From: an uncultured Planctomycetales bacterium
Lineage (GTDB): Bacteria > Omnitrophota > Gorgyraeia > Gygaellales > Profunditerraquicolaceae
DNA length: 64,000 bases
Direction of reading: 5' to 3'
Assembly: GCA_964427405.1 (NCBI GenBank)
Contig: CAYRUB010000003.1
Coordinates: 946 to 64,945 of the forward strand
Position numbers and translations under genes: made by a program. The notes beneath the pieces are model-generated. The model saw only the letters and a list, made by a program, of their open reading frames with translations. It was not told the origin of the DNA and did no database searches. Position 1 is the first letter of the stretch; each line of letters opens with the position of its first letter. Below, in pieces: positions 62,356 through 64,000 of the stretch.

Positions 62356-62775
62356 TTACTTATTTTTTTTCTGCAAATATTCCCTTAAGGCTGACCAGGT
62401 CTTTTTGCCTACCTTGCCGTCCACTGAAAGATTATTTGCTTTTTGAAAATCTTTTATTGCCTGACGGCTCTGCTTGCCAATTTTACCGTCAATAACCCCC
62501 TGGTAATAACCCGCATTCTTTAAAGCCGCCTGAATCTGCCTTGAGCTCGGCCGTTCCTTAGTCTCTCCGGTTTTAGCTAAACTCTCTGCGGAAACAGCTG
62601 CTGCTTGCTCTGCGCTACTTACCTCTTCCGTTTTTACGGGTGCCTGTGATTCAAGTGCAGTAACCTGATTTCTTAAACCCTGAATCTCCAAATCTTTATT
62701 TCTGCCCGTGGAACATCCACTTAAAGAAAAAATAAATGCCGCTGCCGCGCCTAACAACAATACTCTCTTTCCCAT
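62356..62775 (-). CDS. Lipoprotein with C-terminal peptidoglycan-binding (PG_binding_1) domain
   Basis: 139 aa; signal peptide plus lipobox LSGCS; C-terminal GYYQGVIDGKIGKQSRQAIKDFQKANNLSVDGKVGKKTWSAL matches the PG_binding_1 repeat. Confidence 0.7.
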   Translation of the reverse strand: MGKRVLLLGAAAAFIFSLSGCSTGRNKDLEIQGLRNQVTALESQAPVKTEEVSSAEQAAAVSAESLAKTGETKERPSSRQIQAALKNAGYYQGVIDGKIGKQSRQAIKDFQKANNLSVDGKVGKKTWSALREYLQKKNK

Positions 62776-62785
62776 GTTTCCTCCT

Positions 62786-63505
62786 TTATTTCAGTTTTAA
62801 GGCCTCAACAAGGGTAAATTTCCCTTCATACAAAGCCTTACCCACAATCACCCCTGATATACCTTTTTTCTGCAAGCTCTTAAGTTTAATCAAATCTTTT
62901 AAATCCGCCACCCCACCGGAAGCAATAACATCCAACCCGGTTTTACGAATCAATTCCTTAATCCCTAAAATATTCGGGCCGACTAAAGCGCCATCCTTGG
63001 AAATATCCGTATAGATTATCTGTTTAAACCCCACCTCCTTTAATTCTTTGGCAAAATCCAATACCGTTTTAGAAGCTGAGCTGCTCCACCCCTGCGTCAG
63101 GACCTTTGCGCCTTTAGCGTCAATACTCACAATAATCTTTTCGCCAAATTTCTTAAAGGCCTTTTTCAAAAATTGCGCGTCATTAGCCGCCCGCGTACCC
63201 AAAACCACCCTTTGCACCCCTAAGTTAAGCAGTTCAGAGATCGTTTCCATACTCCTAACTCCGCCGCCAAATTCAAGCGACACACACACCTGAGTTATGA
63301 TTTTTTTTAAAACCTCCAAATTTTTAAGAGAACCGCTTGAAGCCCCATCCAGATCCACAATATGCAGAAACTTCGCCCCCTGCTTAGCCCAATGCTTAGC
63401 CACCTTAACCGGATCGTTGGAATAAACCTTCTCCCGGTCAAATTTCCCCTGAAAAAGCCTAACCACTTTCCCGCCCCTCAAATCTATCGCCGGAATGATT
63501 AACAT
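62786..63505 (-). CDS. hisA: ProFAR isomerase
   Basis: 239 aa; HisA family (MLIIPAIDLRGGKVVRL). Confidence 0.9.
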   Translation of the reverse strand: MLIIPAIDLRGGKVVRLFQGKFDREKVYSNDPVKVAKHWAKQGAKFLHIVDLDGASSGSLKNLEVLKKIITQVCVSLEFGGGVRSMETISELLNLGVQRVVLGTRAANDAQFLKKAFKKFGEKIIVSIDAKGAKVLTQGWSSSASKTVLDFAKELKEVGFKQIIYTDISKDGALVGPNILGIKELIRKTGLDVIASGGVADLKDLIKLKSLQKKGISGVIVGKALYEGKFTLVEALKLK

Positions 63506-64000
63506 AATTCTACAAAGTTTTTGATTATCTTAAGACCGGCTGTCTGGCTTTTCTCCGGATGAAACTGTACCCCGTAAATATTATCCCTGGCCAAAACACA
63601 AGCAAACTTTACGCCATAATCACAGCTGGCCGCGACAATATCTTTATCAACAGGCTCGGGATAATATGAGTGACAAAAGTAAACCTGCTCCTTTACGTTT
63701 ATCCCTTTTAATAAAGAACAGATAGAAGATACATCCTCCAAATTATTCCAACCCATATGCGGAACTTTTTGCCCAAGCTTAGCGCTGAATTTAACTACCT
63801 GCCCTTTTAATACCCCTAAACCTTCTTTACTCTTAGCCTCCTGGCTTGTTTCAAACAAAAGTTGCATACCCAAACAAATCCCCAAAAACGGTTTTTTGTT
63901 TTTAATCTCCTCTTTAAGCACGGAAATTAACCCCAGTTTCTCCAGCTCCGCAACCGCGTCATCAAATGCGCCTACTCCCGGCAAGACTATTTTCTTACAA
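63499..64000 (-). CDS. hisH: Imidazole glycerol phosphate synthase, glutamine amidotransferase subunit (partial, N-terminus beyond window end)
   Basis: Class-I GATase: LPGVGAF, GICLGMQLL, catalytic H...E (VQFHPEKS); reading frame stays open to position 64000. Confidence 0.85.
   Translation of the reverse strand, partial: CKKIVLPGVGAFDDAVAELEKLGLISVLKEEIKNKKPFLGICLGMQLLFETSQEAKSKEGLGVLKGQVVKFSAKLGQKVPHMGWNNLEDVSSICSLLKGINVKEQVYFCHSYYPEPVDKDIVAASCDYGVKFACVLARDNIYGVQFHPEKSQTAGLKIIKNFVELC

Noticed and set aside
1-64000. CRISPR arrays, transposases, integrases, phage genes
   Set aside because: No direct-repeat/spacer periodicity and no ORF with recognisable transposase, integrase or phage motifs anywhere in the window.

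Overview
This window is about 64 kb of an AT-rich bacterial chromosome, from a diderm (Gram-negative-type) organism: it encodes a TonB-dependent receptor, a SurA-like chaperone and an LpxL-family acyltransferase. All of roughly 85 genes, including two tRNAs, lie on the minus strand; every plus-strand ORF in the supplied track reads as antisense noise. No CRISPR arrays, transposases or integrases were seen.

Gene content, low to high coordinate:
- (1) A partial TonB-dependent receptor with a short cobalamin-riboswitch-like leader.
- (2) A cobamide uptake and nucleotide-loop-assembly operon (Dph6-like PP-loop ATPase, cobQ, cobS, cobT, cobU, cobC, btuD, btuC, btuF) behind a textbook cobalamin riboswitch with an intrinsic terminator.
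- (3) cobO, a PF06695-like membrane protein, and a three-gene glycolipid set (GT2, LpxL/HtrB-family acyltransferase, UgtP/MGS-like GT28), then a GAF-HD-GYP phosphodiesterase.
- (4) A metabolic block: free-standing E2-type lipoyl-domain protein, lpd, mdh, an IDH/LeuB-family dehydrogenase, archaeal-type small leuD, an orphan pilT, leuC and an aspartate aminotransferase.
- (5) A roughly 30 kb translation/transcription super-cluster: rplQ-rpoA-rpsD-rpsK-rpsM-rpmJ-infA-map-adk-secY-rplO-...-rplC-rpsJ-tuf-fusA-rpsG-rpsL-rpoC-rpoB-rplL-rplJ-rplA-rplK-nusG-secE-tRNA-Trp-rpmG-tRNA-Thr.
- (6) ksgA-pdxA-surA-like, a short Mfd, secDF-yajC, rpsP, a TrpE-like chorismate-utilising enzyme, and hisI-hisF-(PG-binding lipoprotein)-hisA-hisH (hisH partial).

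Outside annotated genes, the main observations are: two cobalamin riboswitches; a Dph6-family ATP pyrophosphatase inside the cobamide operon; two families of short conserved hairpin repeats recurring in operon spacers; a structured rpsC leader; ribosomal-protein peculiarities (no L30, type-Z S14, Zn-ribbon L24, Lys-rich extensions on L15 and L17); and a minimal Mfd lacking the UvrA-recruitment and autoinhibitory domains. rpmJ, rpmG and both tRNAs were called by hand because they are absent from the ORF track.
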